Shown here one piece after another: positions 38,538-49,325 of a DNA stretch of 64,000 nucleotides. A program made the position numbers and the translations under genes. How positions within the stretch are numbered: position 1 is the stretch's first letter; every line of letters begins with the position of its first letter. The stretch covers positions 1 to 64,000 of the forward strand of contig JBGPFC010000016.1 of NCBI GenBank assembly GCA_041483195.1. The letters are read 5' to 3'. This stretch comes from Candidatus Eiseniibacteriota bacterium (lineage in GTDB: Bacteria > Eisenbacteria > RBG-16-71-46). Under the pieces are notes generated by a model. It had not been told where the DNA came from. It did no database searches and saw only the letters and a program-made list of their open reading frames with translations.

Positions 38538-40001
38538 CTAGAGCAGCCCGCGCACGCTGCGCTGCGCCGCGACCAGCAGCGCCTGCGCCTGCACGCCCCA
38601 CCAGAGCGTGAGCACGATGCTCGCGAACAGCGCGACCATGGCCGGCGCCGCCCACGAGACCTCCGTGGGTTCCCCGCTCGGCTCGTCCATGTACATCGCG
38701 ACGGTGATGCGCAGGTAGTAGAAGATGGACACCACGCTGTTCAGCACGCCAACGATCACCAGCGACACCAGGTGCTGGTCGAGCGCCGCGCCGAAGATGT
38801 AGACCTTGCCCATGAACCCGGCGGTGGGCGGAATTCCGCCCAGCGAGAGCATGAACACCGTCATCGCGAGGCCGAGCACCGGGTGGCGGAAGCCCAGCCC
38901 CGAGAGGTCGGAGATCAGCACGCGCTCGTCTTGTCCGCGACCGAGCAGCGCGAGAACGCCGAACGCCCCGAGGCTCGTCACGGCGTAGATCACGAGGTAG
39001 AAGACGGCGGCCGAAGTTCCCTGCGGCCCGCCCGCCGCGAGCGCGACCAGCACGTAGCCCGCGTGCGCGATGCTCGAGTAGGCGAGCATGCGCTTCACGT
39101 TGGTCTGGAGCAGCGCCGTGACGTTGCCGAGCGTCATCGTCAGGATCGCGATCCACGACAGGATCGGGCGCCAGTCGCCCTGCACCTCGGCGAGCGCGCT
39201 CATGCTCACCCGCAGGATCGCGGCGAAGCCCGCCGCCTTGGCCCCCGCCGACATGAAGCCCGTGACCGAGGTGGGCGCCCCTTCGTAGGCGTCCGGCGCC
39301 CACATGTGGAAAGGCACGGCGGCGACCTTGAACCCGAAGCCCACCAGCAGCAGCAACCCGCCGGTCACGAACAGCGGATTCTGGAGCATCGGGGAGTCGG
39401 CCATGAAGGCCGCGATCGCGCGCAGATTCGTCGAGCCGGTCGCGCCGTACACCAGCGCGATGCCGTAGAGCAGGAAGCCGCTCGCGAAGGCGCCCAGCAG
39501 GAAGTACTTGAGCGCGGCCTCGTTCGATTCGAGCTGGCCCCGCCGGAAGCCCACCAGGACGTAGAGCGAGATCGACATCAGCTCGAGCCCGAGGAACACC
39601 GTGATGAGATCGTTCGATGCGGCCATCACGATCATGCCGAGCGTGGCGCTCAGCAGCAGCGCGTAGTACTCCGTCGCGCGCAGGCCGAGCCGCTTCACGT
39701 AGTTCCAGGACACCAGCACGCTGACCGCCGCGATCGAGCAGAACAGCAGCGTGAAGAACACGCTGAATCCGTCGTGCACGAACATGCCGCCGAACAGCGA
39801 GCGCCTGGCGTCCCGCACGAAGAACACGGACGCAGCGGCTGCGATCAGCGTGAGCAGCGCGAGCGCCGGCGCGCGGCCGCTCTCCGCCCGGACCGGCACG
39901 AACTCGAGCATCAGCAGCAGCATCACCCCGGCGCTCAGCGCGATCACGGCGCCCAGCGCCCACCAGTCCACGGCGAGCAGCGCGGCAGGCAGCGGCATCA
40001 T
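38538..40001 (-). CDS. nuoN: NADH-quinone oxidoreductase subunit N
   Basis: EAALKYF, FKVAAVPFHMWAPDAYEGAPT, KRMLAYSSIAHAGY, GIPPTAGF. Confidence 0.95.
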   Translation of the reverse strand: MMPLPAALLAVDWWALGAVIALSAGVMLLLMLEFVPVRAESGRAPALALLTLIAAAASVFFVRDARRSLFGGMFVHDGFSVFFTLLFCSIAAVSVLVSWNYVKRLGLRATEYYALLLSATLGMIVMAASNDLITVFLGLELMSISLYVLVGFRRGQLESNEAALKYFLLGAFASGFLLYGIALVYGATGSTNLRAIAAFMADSPMLQNPLFVTGGLLLLVGFGFKVAAVPFHMWAPDAYEGAPTSVTGFMSAGAKAAGFAAILRVSMSALAEVQGDWRPILSWIAILTMTLGNVTALLQTNVKRMLAYSSIAHAGYVLVALAAGGPQGTSAAVFYLVIYAVTSLGAFGVLALLGRGQDERVLISDLSGLGFRHPVLGLAMTVFMLSLGGIPPTAGFMGKVYIFGAALDQHLVSLVIVGVLNSVVSIFYYLRITVAMYMDEPSGEPTEVSWAAPAMVALFASIVLTLWWGVQAQALLVAAQRSVRGLL

Positions 40002-41557
40002 CGCGGGCCCCCCGCGCTCGCGAGCGGCGGCGCGACGCGCGCCGGCGCGGCCTCCACCACCTGCATGGTCTCGCGCTGCTGCGCGAGCGCGAGCGTGCGA
40101 TCGAGCGCCGGCTGCATGCGGTCGAGGAAGGGCTGCGGCATGAAGCCCATCCAGAAGACGAGGATCAGCAGCGGCGCGAACACCAGTCGCTCGCGCAGGC
40201 TCAGGTCGGAGAGCTTCTCGTTCTCGGCATGCGTCACCGGGCCGAACATGACGCGCTGGTACATCCACAGCATGTAGCAGGCGGAGAGGATCACTCCGGT
40301 CGCCGCGATCACCGCCCACACCGGCTGCGCGCGGTACGCGCCGAGCAGGATCAGGAACTCGCCGACGAATCCGTTGGTCCCGGGGAGCCCGATCGAGGAG
40401 AGCATCACGACGAGGAACACCGCCGCGAACACCGGGAGCGGCTTCCACAGCCCGCCGAAGTCCGCGATCATACGCGTGTGCCGGCGCTCGTAGACGACGC
40501 CCACCAGCTGGAACAGCGCCCCGGTCGAGATGCCGTGGTTGATCATCTGGAGCATCGCGCCCGCGAAGCCTTGCGGATTCATCGCGTAGAGGCCGAGCAT
40601 CGCGAAGCCGAGGTGGCTGACCGACGAGTAGGCCACCAGCTTCTTGAGATCGGGCTGCACCATCGCGACCAGCGCGCCGTAGATGATGCCGACCAGCGCG
40701 AGCCCCGCGATCCACGGCGCGAACTGGTGCGAGGCCACCGGGAACAACGGGATCGCGAAGCGGATGAAGCCGTAGGTGCCCATCTTGAGGAGCACCGCCG
40801 CCAGGATGACGGAGCCCGCCGTCGGCGCCTCGACGTGCGCGTCGGGGAGCCAGGTGTGGAGCGGGAACATCGGCACCTTGATCGCGAACGCCAGCGCGAA
40901 GGCGAGGAACAGCCAGACCTGGGTCGCGTGCGGGATCGCGAGCGCGTAGAAGGCGTCGAGCTCGAAGGTCGCGACGCCCGTGGCGGCGCGCTGCATGAAG
41001 TAGAGCCACAGGATCGCGGCCAGCATGAGCACGCTGCCCGCCATGGTATAGAGGAAGAACTTGATCGCGGCGTACACGCGCCGCGGGCCGCCCCAGATCC
41101 CGATCAACAGGTACATCGGGACCAGCATCGCCTCCCAGAACACGTAGAACAGCAGCAGGTCGAGGCAGAGGAACGTGCCGATCATCCCGGTCTCGAGCGC
41201 GAGCATCAGCGCGTAGAACTCGCGAGGGCGCTGGTGGACGGCGCCGGTCGAGCCCAGCACCGCGACCGCCGTCAGCACCGTGGTGAGCAGCACCAGCAGC
41301 ACGCTGATGCCGTCGACGCCCAGGTGGTAGGTCGCGCCGAGGGCGGGCAGCCACGCGTGCTTCTCCTCGAACTGCCAGCCGGGCTGGGCGGGAACGAACC
41401 GCCACCAGAGCGGCAGCGAGAACAGGAGCTCCGCGATCGAGACCGTGATGGCCCAGCGGCGGATCGCGCGCTCGGCGGTCGCCGGCATGAGCGCGATCAG
41501 CACGGCGCCCATGAGCGGGAAGAACACCAGCCACGACAGCCAGGGGAATTCGGTCAT
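39998..41557 (-). CDS. nuoM: NADH-quinone oxidoreductase subunit M
   Basis: FWEAMLVPMY, KVPMFPLHTWLPDAHVEAPT, LLKMGTYG, GLPGTNGFVGE. Confidence 0.96.
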   Translation of the reverse strand: MTEFPWLSWLVFFPLMGAVLIALMPATAERAIRRWAITVSIAELLFSLPLWWRFVPAQPGWQFEEKHAWLPALGATYHLGVDGISVLLVLLTTVLTAVAVLGSTGAVHQRPREFYALMLALETGMIGTFLCLDLLLFYVFWEAMLVPMYLLIGIWGGPRRVYAAIKFFLYTMAGSVLMLAAILWLYFMQRAATGVATFELDAFYALAIPHATQVWLFLAFALAFAIKVPMFPLHTWLPDAHVEAPTAGSVILAAVLLKMGTYGFIRFAIPLFPVASHQFAPWIAGLALVGIIYGALVAMVQPDLKKLVAYSSVSHLGFAMLGLYAMNPQGFAGAMLQMINHGISTGALFQLVGVVYERRHTRMIADFGGLWKPLPVFAAVFLVVMLSSIGLPGTNGFVGEFLILLGAYRAQPVWAVIAATGVILSACYMLWMYQRVMFGPVTHAENEKLSDLSLRERLVFAPLLILVFWMGFMPQPFLDRMQPALDRTLALAQQRETMQVVEAAPARVAPPLASAGGPR

Positions 41558-43467
41558 GGCGTGTGCCGGAGGAGGTGGAACAGCAGGGCGGCGACGCCCA
41601 GCGAGAAGAAGAGCGCGTAGGTGCCGACGAATCCGGTCTGGACCAGTCGCAGGATGGCGGAGGCCCCCTCGATCACGGAAGCGACCCCGTTCACGGTGCC
41701 GTCGACGATGGTCTCGTCCCAGAATTTCCAGAGCCGCATGCTCCAGCCTTGAATGGGACGCACGACCGCAGCTTCGTAGAACTCGTCGACCCAGTACTTG
41801 TGGCTGAGCACGTTGTGCAGGCCCGGCAGGAGCCGCGCGACCGGGTCGTCGGCTCCGGCGCGCGCGTACGCGCGGAACGCGAGCGCAATGCCGAGTGCGG
41901 CGACGCCCACCGAGAGCGCGATCAGCATCCACTCGACGGTGGCCGACACCTCGTGCGCCGCGGCATGGCCGTCGGCGAACACCGGGGCCAGCCAGCGCGC
42001 GAACGCGTGGCCGCCTTCCTGGAACGGCATGCCGACCAGACCGCCCACCACGGAGAGCACGGCGAGCGCGACCAGCGGCGCGATCATCGATGGCGGCGAC
42101 TCGTGCAGGTGGTGCTCAGCCTCGTGCGTGAGCCGGGAGGTGCCGCGGAAGGCGAGGATGTAGAGCCGGAACATGTAGAAGGCCGTGAGCCCGGCGCCCA
42201 GCACGCCGACGATCCACACGCCGTAGTGCCCGGAGGCGAACGCGTCCGTCAGAATTTCATCCTTGCTGAAGAATCCGGCGAAGGGCGGGATGCCCGCGAT
42301 CGCAATGGTCGCCATCAGCATCGTGCCGTGGGTCCAGGGCAGGCGCGGGGCGAGCGCGCCCATGCGCCTCAGGTCCTGCTCGTCCGAGAGCGCGTGGATC
42401 ACGGAGCCGGCGCCGAGGAACAGCAGCGCCTTGAAGAACGCGTGGGTCATGAGGTGGAAGATCCCGGCGCCGAATCCGCCAACGCCGCACGCGAAGAACA
42501 TGTAGCCGAGCTGGCTCACGGTCGAGTAGGCGAGCACCCGCTTGATGTCGTTCTGCGCGAGCCCGATGGTCGCGGCGAACAGCGCGGTGGCGGCCCCGAT
42601 CACCGCCACCGTCTCGAGCGAGAACGGCGCGAGCTGGAACAGCACGTGGCAGCGCGCCACCATGTAGACGCCGGCGGTCACCATGGTGGCGGCGTGGATG
42701 AGCGCCGACACCGGCGTCGGGCCCTCCATCGCGTCGGGGAGCCAGGTGTAGAGCGGGAGCTGCGCGCTCTTGCCGGTCGCGCCGAGGAACAGCAGCAGGG
42801 TCGCCGCCGTGATCACGGGGGTGCCGACTGCGAACACGTGCGGGGCGATCGCGAACAGCCGCTCGAAGTTGAGGCTCCCGCCGAACGCGAACAGGATCAG
42901 CATTCCGAGGATGAAGCCGAAGTCGCCGATGCGGTTGACGATGAAGGCCTTCTTCCCGGCGGCCGCGGCCGCCGGGCGCACGTACCAGAACCCGATCAGC
43001 AGGTAGGAGCACAACCCCACGCCCTCCCAGCCCACGAACATGAGCAGGAAGTTGTCGGCGAGCACCAGCGTGAGCATCGCGAACATGAACAGGTTCAGGT
43101 AGAGGAAGAAGCGCCGGAACGACGGGTCGTGCGCCATGTACCCGATCGAGTACACGTGGATCAGGAAGCCCACGCCGGTGACGACCAGCACCATGACGGC
43201 CGAGAGCGGATCGAGCAGGAACGCGACGCTCGCCGAGAAGTCGCCGACGCGGATCCAGGTCCACGCGTTCTCGACCAGGCTCCGCTGCGCGGCGGGCAGT
43301 GCGGCCAGCCGGAACACCGCGCGCGCCGCGAACAGGAACGCGAGCCCCACCGCGCCGCAGGCGAGCCAGGCGGTGGCGCGCTTGCCCAGACGGTCGCCCA
43401 GCAGCAGGCTCAGCGCGACCGCGCCCAGCGGCAGCGCGGGGATGATCCAGAGCAGCGGCAGGCTCAA
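41554..43467 (-). CDS. nuoL: NADH-quinone oxidoreductase subunit L
   Basis: GWEGVGLCSYLLIGFW, GKSAQLPLYTWLPDAMEGPTPVSALIHAATMV, THAFFKALLF; TTG start. Confidence 0.96.
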   Translation of the reverse strand: MSLPLLWIIPALPLGAVALSLLLGDRLGKRATAWLACGAVGLAFLFAARAVFRLAALPAAQRSLVENAWTWIRVGDFSASVAFLLDPLSAVMVLVVTGVGFLIHVYSIGYMAHDPSFRRFFLYLNLFMFAMLTLVLADNFLLMFVGWEGVGLCSYLLIGFWYVRPAAAAAGKKAFIVNRIGDFGFILGMLILFAFGGSLNFERLFAIAPHVFAVGTPVITAATLLLFLGATGKSAQLPLYTWLPDAMEGPTPVSALIHAATMVTAGVYMVARCHVLFQLAPFSLETVAVIGAATALFAATIGLAQNDIKRVLAYSTVSQLGYMFFACGVGGFGAGIFHLMTHAFFKALLFLGAGSVIHALSDEQDLRRMGALAPRLPWTHGTMLMATIAIAGIPPFAGFFSKDEILTDAFASGHYGVWIVGVLGAGLTAFYMFRLYILAFRGTSRLTHEAEHHLHESPPSMIAPLVALAVLSVVGGLVGMPFQEGGHAFARWLAPVFADGHAAAHEVSATVEWMLIALSVGVAALGIALAFRAYARAGADDPVARLLPGLHNVLSHKYWVDEFYEAAVVRPIQGWSMRLWKFWDETIVDGTVNGVASVIEGASAILRLVQTGFVGTYALFFSLGVAALLFHLLRHTP

Positions 43468-43474
43468 GCGACGC

Positions 43475-43777
43475 TCATCCTTTCAGCAGGGTCACTTCGT
43501 CGACGAACACCGTCTCGCGGAGGCGGAACAGGTTCACGATGATCGCGAGGCCCACCGCGACTTCGGCGGCGGCCACCGTCATCACGAAGAACACGAAGAT
43601 CTGGCCGTCGATCGAGTGCAGCGCACGCGCGAACGCCACGAAGGCGAGGTTGGCCGCGTTCAGCATGAGCTCGATGGACATGAAGATGACGAGCGCGTTG
43701 CGGCGCACCAGCACGCCCACCACGCCGATCACGAACAGCAGCGCGCTGAGCGCGAGCGTCCACGCGAGCGGAATCAC
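43475..43777 (-). CDS. nuoK: NADH-quinone oxidoreductase subunit K
   Basis: [28 protein letters not shown] start overlapping the nuoJ stop. Confidence 0.95.
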   Translation of the reverse strand: MIPLAWTLALSALLFVIGVVGVLVRRNALVIFMSIELMLNAANLAFVAFARALHSIDGQIFVFFVMTVAAAEVAVGLAIIVNLFRLRETVFVDEVTLLKG

Positions 43778-44289
43778 GGCTGCTCCCTCCTGCGGCCCTT
43801 GCCGATCACGATCACGCCCACCATCGCGACCAGCAGCACCATCGACGTGATCTCGAACGGAAACAGGTAGCGCGTGTAGAGCGCCTGCCCGATCGCCTGG
43901 GTGTTGCCGCCCGCCGGCGGCGCGGCCTCCGGCATCACCGGCCCCGGCGACCAGCGCCGCATGAAGAGCAGCGCCGATTCGGCAGCGATCACGGCCCCCG
44001 TCACCCAGCCGACGCCGCGGCGCACCGCGTGGTGGACGCCGGCGTCGATGTCGTGGGAGAGGTTCAGGTACATGAGCACGAACAGGAACAGCACCATGAT
44101 CGCGCCGGCGTACACGATGATCTGGACCAGCCCGACGAACTCGGCGCCGAGCAGCAGGTAGATGCCGGCGAGCGAGCAGAACGCAAGCACCAGGAACAGC
44201 GCGCTCGTCACCGGGCTGCGGTGGAGGATCACGAGCAGCGCGCACGCCACCAGCATCGCGCCGAAGCCCACGAACAGGGCTGGGGTCAT
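43774..44289 (-). CDS. nuoJ: NADH-quinone oxidoreductase subunit J
   Basis: [29 protein letters not shown]; its ATG overlaps the nuoH stop. Confidence 0.95.
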   Translation of the reverse strand: MTPALFVGFGAMLVACALLVILHRSPVTSALFLVLAFCSLAGIYLLLGAEFVGLVQIIVYAGAIMVLFLFVLMYLNLSHDIDAGVHHAVRRGVGWVTGAVIAAESALLFMRRWSPGPVMPEAAPPAGGNTQAIGQALYTRYLFPFEITSMVLLVAMVGVIVIGKGRRREQP

Positions 44290-45311
44290 GGGTGCGTCAC
44301 CCAGAAGACCCAGACCGAGGTCACGACGATGTTGGCGAGCGCGACCGGGAGCAGCACCTTCCAGCCCAGGTTCATGAGCTGGTCGTAGCGGAGCCGGGGA
44401 TAGGTCCAGCGCACCCATATGAAGAAGAAGAGGAGCGCGCCGAGCTTGGCGAAGAACCAGAGGAACTTGAGGGAGTCGGGCAGCCACGGCCCGTTCCACC
44501 CTCCCAGGAACAGCGTCACCGCGATCGAGCAGATGGTGATGACGTTCGCGAACTCGCCGAGGAAGAAGAGGCCGAATTTCATGCTCGAGTACTCGGTGTG
44601 GAATCCCGCCACCAGCTCGGCCTCGGCCTCGGGCAGGTCGAATGGCGCGCGGTTGGTCTCGGCCAGCGCCGTGATCATGAACACGGCGAATGCGACCGGC
44701 TGGTAGAAGACGAACCAGCGCGGCAGCGCGAGCGGCCCCAGCTGGATCGCGCTCGCCTGCGCGTGCACGATATCCACCAGCGAGAGCGACCCGGCGATCA
44801 GCAGCACGCCGATGGTCGAGAGCCCCATCGCCAGCTCGTACGACACCATCTGGGCGGCGGAGCGCAGCCCCCCGAGCAGCGCGTACTTGTTGTTCGATGA
44901 CCAGCCGCCGAGCGTGATGGAGTACACGCCCAGGCTCGACATCGCGAGGAACAGCAGCAGCCCGACGTTGATGTCGGTGACGATGAAGTTGGGCCCGATC
45001 GGAATCACCGAGAACGTCACCAGCGCCGGCACCACCGCCAGCATGGGCGCGATGTGGAAGATGACCTTGTTCGCGTCCGCCGGAATGAACTCCTCCTTGA
45101 AGAAGAGCTTCAGCACGTCGGCGATGGGCTGGAGCAGGCCGAACGGGCCCACGCGGTTGGGGCCGACCCGGGCCTGCATGTGGCCGGCGATCTTGCGCTC
45201 GGCGAAGATCATGTAGGAAACGACCCCCAGCATCCCGAACAGGATCACGACGATCTTGATCATGGCCCAGAAGACGAACTGGAAGTCGGGGTTGCTCCAG
45301 AGGGCGGCCAT
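44286..45311 (-). CDS. nuoH: NADH-quinone oxidoreductase subunit H
   Basis: [53 protein letters not shown]. Confidence 0.96.
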   Translation of the reverse strand: MAALWSNPDFQFVFWAMIKIVVILFGMLGVVSYMIFAERKIAGHMQARVGPNRVGPFGLLQPIADVLKLFFKEEFIPADANKVIFHIAPMLAVVPALVTFSVIPIGPNFIVTDINVGLLLFLAMSSLGVYSITLGGWSSNNKYALLGGLRSAAQMVSYELAMGLSTIGVLLIAGSLSLVDIVHAQASAIQLGPLALPRWFVFYQPVAFAVFMITALAETNRAPFDLPEAEAELVAGFHTEYSSMKFGLFFLGEFANVITICSIAVTLFLGGWNGPWLPDSLKFLWFFAKLGALLFFFIWVRWTYPRLRYDQLMNLGWKVLLPVALANIVVTSVWVFWVTHP

Positions 45312-45318
45312 CCCGGCG

Positions 45319-48012
45319 CTAAGCTCCCACCTTCTCCGCGACGCCGGAACGGCGCGCCGCGACTCGGAGTCCCGCGCCCTGCGGGGCGCCGAGACGGTTG
45401 AGCTGCACGCCGGGGTGCGCGTGGGGCACGAATACGCTGCCCTCTGGCACGGCGTCGTCGATCGCGACCGGCAGCTCGATGCGGCCCCCCGGCCCCGCGA
45501 GCTCGACGCGATCTCCCTCGCCCAGGCCGAGGCTTCGCGCCTCGGCCGGATGGAGGAAGGCGCGCGCCGCCTTCGCGAGCTTCGGGAGCAGCGTGCCGCG
45601 ATCCGCGACGGTGTCGTTCAGGAAGAGCGTCGCGCCGGACAGCAGCGACAATCCGTCCGCGCGTCCTGCCGGCGCACCCGGCGCGGCGACCGGCGTCAGC
45701 GCCGCGGCCACGGCCGGCGCCCCGGGGCTCGACCACTGGGGACCCAGCGGCAGGAGCGTCGCGTAGCTGGTTCCCTGGTAGCCGGGCGTGAGGCGCGCGA
45801 TCTCGCGGTACACGTCCTCGACGGTGCGATAGCTCCACGCCGCGCCGAGCGCGCGCGCGACGGACTGGATGATCTCCCAGTCGGGCCGGCTGCCGCGGCG
45901 CGGGGACAGCGCGCGCGCCGAGCGCTGAAGGCGACGCTCGCAGTTCACGACAACGCCTTCCTTCTCCGCGAAAGCCGAGGCCGGGAACACGACGTGCGCG
46001 TGCTTCGCGGTCTCGGTGAGGAACAGATCGCTCACGATGACGAGGTCCGCCGTCTCGAGCGCCCGCATCGCGAGCGCGCGGTCGGGGGCGCTCCGCAACC
46101 AGTCGTCGCCCGCGATCCACAGCGCCCGAACGCGGCCATCGGCGGCGGCGGCGAGGATCTCGGGCGCGGTCATGCCCGGCGCCGGCGCGAGCGCGGCGCC
46201 CCACTGCTGCTCGAAAGGCTTGCGCCGCGCCGCGTCAGCGACCGGGACGTAGCCCGGGAGGCAATCGGGCGTGAGGCCCATGTCGAGAGCGCCCTGGCTG
46301 TTGTTGCGGGGACCCAGGTACATCACAAACGACCGCTCCGCGGTGAGCGCGCCGGTCACCCAGCCGAGATGCTCGATCGCCTGGAGCAGCGCCACCGCCT
46401 GCGGATGCTCCGCCACCGCGCGTCCGAACAGCACGAGCTTGCGTTGGGCCGACCGGAGACGTGCGGCCGCGGCGCGGATCGCGGCATACGAGACGCCGCT
46501 CGCGCGCTCGACCGCTTCGGCGGTCCACGGCGCGAGCGAGGCTTCCAGCGCAGGCCGCGCAGCCGCGAGCTCGGGAGGCGGCGCTTCGGGTCCGCCCGCC
46601 TCGAGCGCCGCGCGCGTGAGGCCATGGAGCAGCGCCAACTCACCGCCCGGCTTCACAGCGAGCCAGTCGCCTCCGAACTTCGGGCGGGCGAGCTTCACGC
46701 GTCGCGCGTGCGCCACGGTGAGATGGAGTCCCCGCTGATGCTGGCCCTGGATGAGCACCGCCTGCGCGAATGGCGATTCCCCCTGCAGGTCGTCGAACAG
46801 CACCAGGGCCTCCCGCGCGCCGCGCGCCTCGTCGAACGAGACCAGCGGCCGGCCGCCGCCGGTCGCCCGCAGGAGCGCGGCGCCCGGCACCTTCGCCGTG
46901 AAGCGCGTGCGCGCGTCGACGTGCGGGGTGCCCAGCACCGCGCGCGCGAGCTTCTGGAGCAGGTACTGCTCCTCGAGGTTGAGCGTCTCGCCGCCCAGGA
47001 ACGCGATCGCGCCGGGGCCATGCGCGCCCGCGATCGCCCGCAGGTGCGTCGCCGCGAGCGCGACCGCCTCGTCGAAGGACGCCGGCGCGAGCGCGCCGCC
47101 CGCGCGCACGAGCGGCGCCGAGAGCCGCTCCGCGCTCTGCACGAACTCGTAGCCGAAGCGGCCGTGGACGCACAGGTATTCCTGGTTCACGCCGCGGTGC
47201 TCGGTGCCGCGCGCCCTGAGAATCTCCATGCCGCGCACCCCGAGCCGCACGCTGCACCCGTTCGAGCACGACGGGCAGATCGTCACGTGCTGGCGCAGGT
47301 CCCAGGGGCGCGCCTTGAAACGGTAGGGCAGCGCGGTGAGCGCGCCGACCGGGCACACCTCGATGCAGTTGCCGCACTGCTCGCACTCGAGCGGCTGGCG
47401 GTCGAACGACGAGATCTCGGTGTGAACGCCACGCTGGTGCGCGGTAAGCGCGTCGTCGCCCATGATCTCGTCGCAGTAGCGCACGCACCGCATGCACACG
47501 ATGCAGCGGTTCGCCTCCTTCTTCACGACCGGGCCCAGGTCCTCGGAAACGAAGGTGCGCTTCGCCTCGTCCATGCGCGAGAAGTCGTGGCCGAACGCGA
47601 AGGCCAAGTCTTGAAGTTGGCACTCGCCGCCCTCGTCGCACACCGGGCAGTCGAGCGGATGGTTGACGAGCAGGAATTCCATGACGCCCTGCCGCGCCTT
47701 CACGGCGCCGGGCGATCGGGTCGCGACCACCATGCCGTCGGACACGGTCGTGGTGCACGCGGTCTGCGGCTTCGGCATCCACGCGATGACCGGCTCGCCG
47801 TCCGGCCCCAGCACCGGCTTGCCGTCGCGCTCGCGTTTCGGCGTCCCGATCTCGACGACGCAGATCCGGCACGCGCCGAGCGGCGGGAGCTTCTGGTGCG
47901 AGCAGAAGATCGGAATGTGCGTCTCCGCCATGCGGGCGGCGTCGGTGACGAGCGTGCCGGCCGGCACCTCGATCGCGTGGTCGTCGATGCGCACGCGGCA
48001 GGTCGCGCTCAT
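45319..48012 (-). CDS. nuoG: NADH-quinone oxidoreductase subunit G
   Basis: GACRICVVE, HPLDCPVCDEGGEC, RCIVCMRCVRYC, CGNCIEVCPVGAL, CPSCSNGC, then a molybdopterin-oxidoreductase-like domain. Confidence 0.94.
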   Translation of the reverse strand: MSATCRVRIDDHAIEVPAGTLVTDAARMAETHIPIFCSHQKLPPLGACRICVVEIGTPKRERDGKPVLGPDGEPVIAWMPKPQTACTTTVSDGMVVATRSPGAVKARQGVMEFLLVNHPLDCPVCDEGGECQLQDLAFAFGHDFSRMDEAKRTFVSEDLGPVVKKEANRCIVCMRCVRYCDEIMGDDALTAHQRGVHTEISSFDRQPLECEQCGNCIEVCPVGALTALPYRFKARPWDLRQHVTICPSCSNGCSVRLGVRGMEILRARGTEHRGVNQEYLCVHGRFGYEFVQSAERLSAPLVRAGGALAPASFDEAVALAATHLRAIAGAHGPGAIAFLGGETLNLEEQYLLQKLARAVLGTPHVDARTRFTAKVPGAALLRATGGGRPLVSFDEARGAREALVLFDDLQGESPFAQAVLIQGQHQRGLHLTVAHARRVKLARPKFGGDWLAVKPGGELALLHGLTRAALEAGGPEAPPPELAAARPALEASLAPWTAEAVERASGVSYAAIRAAAARLRSAQRKLVLFGRAVAEHPQAVALLQAIEHLGWVTGALTAERSFVMYLGPRNNSQGALDMGLTPDCLPGYVPVADAARRKPFEQQWGAALAPAPGMTAPEILAAAADGRVRALWIAGDDWLRSAPDRALAMRALETADLVIVSDLFLTETAKHAHVVFPASAFAEKEGVVVNCERRLQRSARALSPRRGSRPDWEIIQSVARALGAAWSYRTVEDVYREIARLTPGYQGTSYATLLPLGPQWSSPGAPAVAAALTPVAAPGAPAGRADGLSLLSGATLFLNDTVADRGTLLPKLAKAARAFLHPAEARSLGLGEGDRVELAGPGGRIELPVAIDDAVPEGSVFVPHAHPGVQLNRLGAPQGAGLRVAARRSGVAEKVGA

Positions 48013-49325
48013 GCGCGCACCGCCTCGCCCCACCGCGACTCGATCTCGGCGCTGCGGCGGTTCACCATGCAGCGCCGGTGGGCGACGTGGTACTCGAACT
48101 CGGCGCGGAAGTGCTGGATGAAGCCCTGCACCGGCATCGCGGCCGCGTCGCCCAGCGCGCAGAACGACTTGCCGAGGATGTTGTCCGCAACGTCCTCCAG
48201 CAGGCCGATGTCGCTCTCGCGCCCATGGCCGTGCTCGAGGCGCTCCAGCACCTCGCTCATCCAGTAGGTGCCCTCGCGGCACGGCGTGCACTTGCCGCAC
48301 GACTCGTGCTCGTAGAAGCGCGTGATGTTCCAGAGCGCGTCCACCAGGCAGGTCTGGTCGTCGATCACGATCACGCCGCCCGAGCCGAGAAACGTGCCCG
48401 CCGCGTTCATGGATTCGTAGTCGAGGCCGGTGCTCAGCATCGAGGCCGGCAGCGGAGGCACCGACGATCCGCCCGGGATCACGGCCTTGATCGCGAGGCC
48501 GTCGCGCATGCCGCCGCAGTGCTCATCGAGCAGCGTCGAGAGCGGCAGGCCGAGCGGCACCTCGTAGTTGCCGGGGCGCTTCACGCGGCCCGAGACGCTC
48601 AGGATCTTGGTGCCGGCGCTCTTCTCGGTTCCCCACTGCCGGTACCACGCCGCTCCGTGCTTGAGAATGTGCGGCACGTTCATGAGCGTCTCGGTGTTGT
48701 TCACCACCGTGGGACAGGCGTAGAGGCCCTCGACCGCGGGGAACGGCGGCTTGAGACGCGGCTGGCCGCGGTAGCCTTCGAGCGAGGAGAGCAGCGCGGT
48801 TTCCTCGCCGCAGATGTACGCGCCGGCGCCGAGGTGCGTGTACAGCTCGAAGCGGAATCCGGTGCCGAGCACGTTCGCGCCGATCAGGCCCGCCGTGCGC
48901 GCATCCGCGATCGCGCGGTCGAGGATGCGCTGGATGTAGTCGAACTCGCCGCGCAGGTAGATGTACCCGGTGTTCGCCTGGATCGCCCACGCCGAGAGGA
49001 TGATGCCCTCGATGAGCAGGTGTGGGTTCTTCTCCATGAGCTCGCGGTCCTTGAAGGTGCCGGGCTCGCTCTCGTCGGCGTTGCACACGAGATACTTCGG
49101 CTTCGTGGTCTGCTTCGGCACGAAGCTCCACTTGAGCCCGGTGGGAAATCCGGCGCCGCCGCGGCCGCGCAATCCCGATGCCTTCACGATCTCGATGCAT
49201 TCGTCGGGGCTCCGCTTGCCGAGCGCCTCGGCGAGCGTTTCGTAGCCACCGCCCGCGCGATAGGTCTCGAGCGCGGCCAGCCCCGGCGTGTCGATGTCCT
49301 TGAAGAGCAGCGGCCCGCGGCTCAT
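48009..49325 (-). CDS. nuoF: NADH-quinone oxidoreductase subunit F
   Basis: GLRGRGGAGFPTGLKW, NADESEPG, GAGAYICGEETAL, ESCGKCTPCREG. Confidence 0.97.
   Translation of the reverse strand: MSRGPLLFKDIDTPGLAALETYRAGGGYETLAEALGKRSPDECIEIVKASGLRGRGGAGFPTGLKWSFVPKQTTKPKYLVCNADESEPGTFKDRELMEKNPHLLIEGIILSAWAIQANTGYIYLRGEFDYIQRILDRAIADARTAGLIGANVLGTGFRFELYTHLGAGAYICGEETALLSSLEGYRGQPRLKPPFPAVEGLYACPTVVNNTETLMNVPHILKHGAAWYRQWGTEKSAGTKILSVSGRVKRPGNYEVPLGLPLSTLLDEHCGGMRDGLAIKAVIPGGSSVPPLPASMLSTGLDYESMNAAGTFLGSGGVIVIDDQTCLVDALWNITRFYEHESCGKCTPCREGTYWMSEVLERLEHGHGRESDIGLLEDVADNILGKSFCALGDAAAMPVQGFIQHFRAEFEYHVAHRRCMVNRRSAEIESRWGEAVRA

Noticed and set aside
44286..45320. nuoI hidden in another frame around nuoH
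   Set aside because: No CxxCxxCxxxCP pair is visible in the ORFs there, and the G-H and H-J junctions are a 7-bp gap and an overlap.
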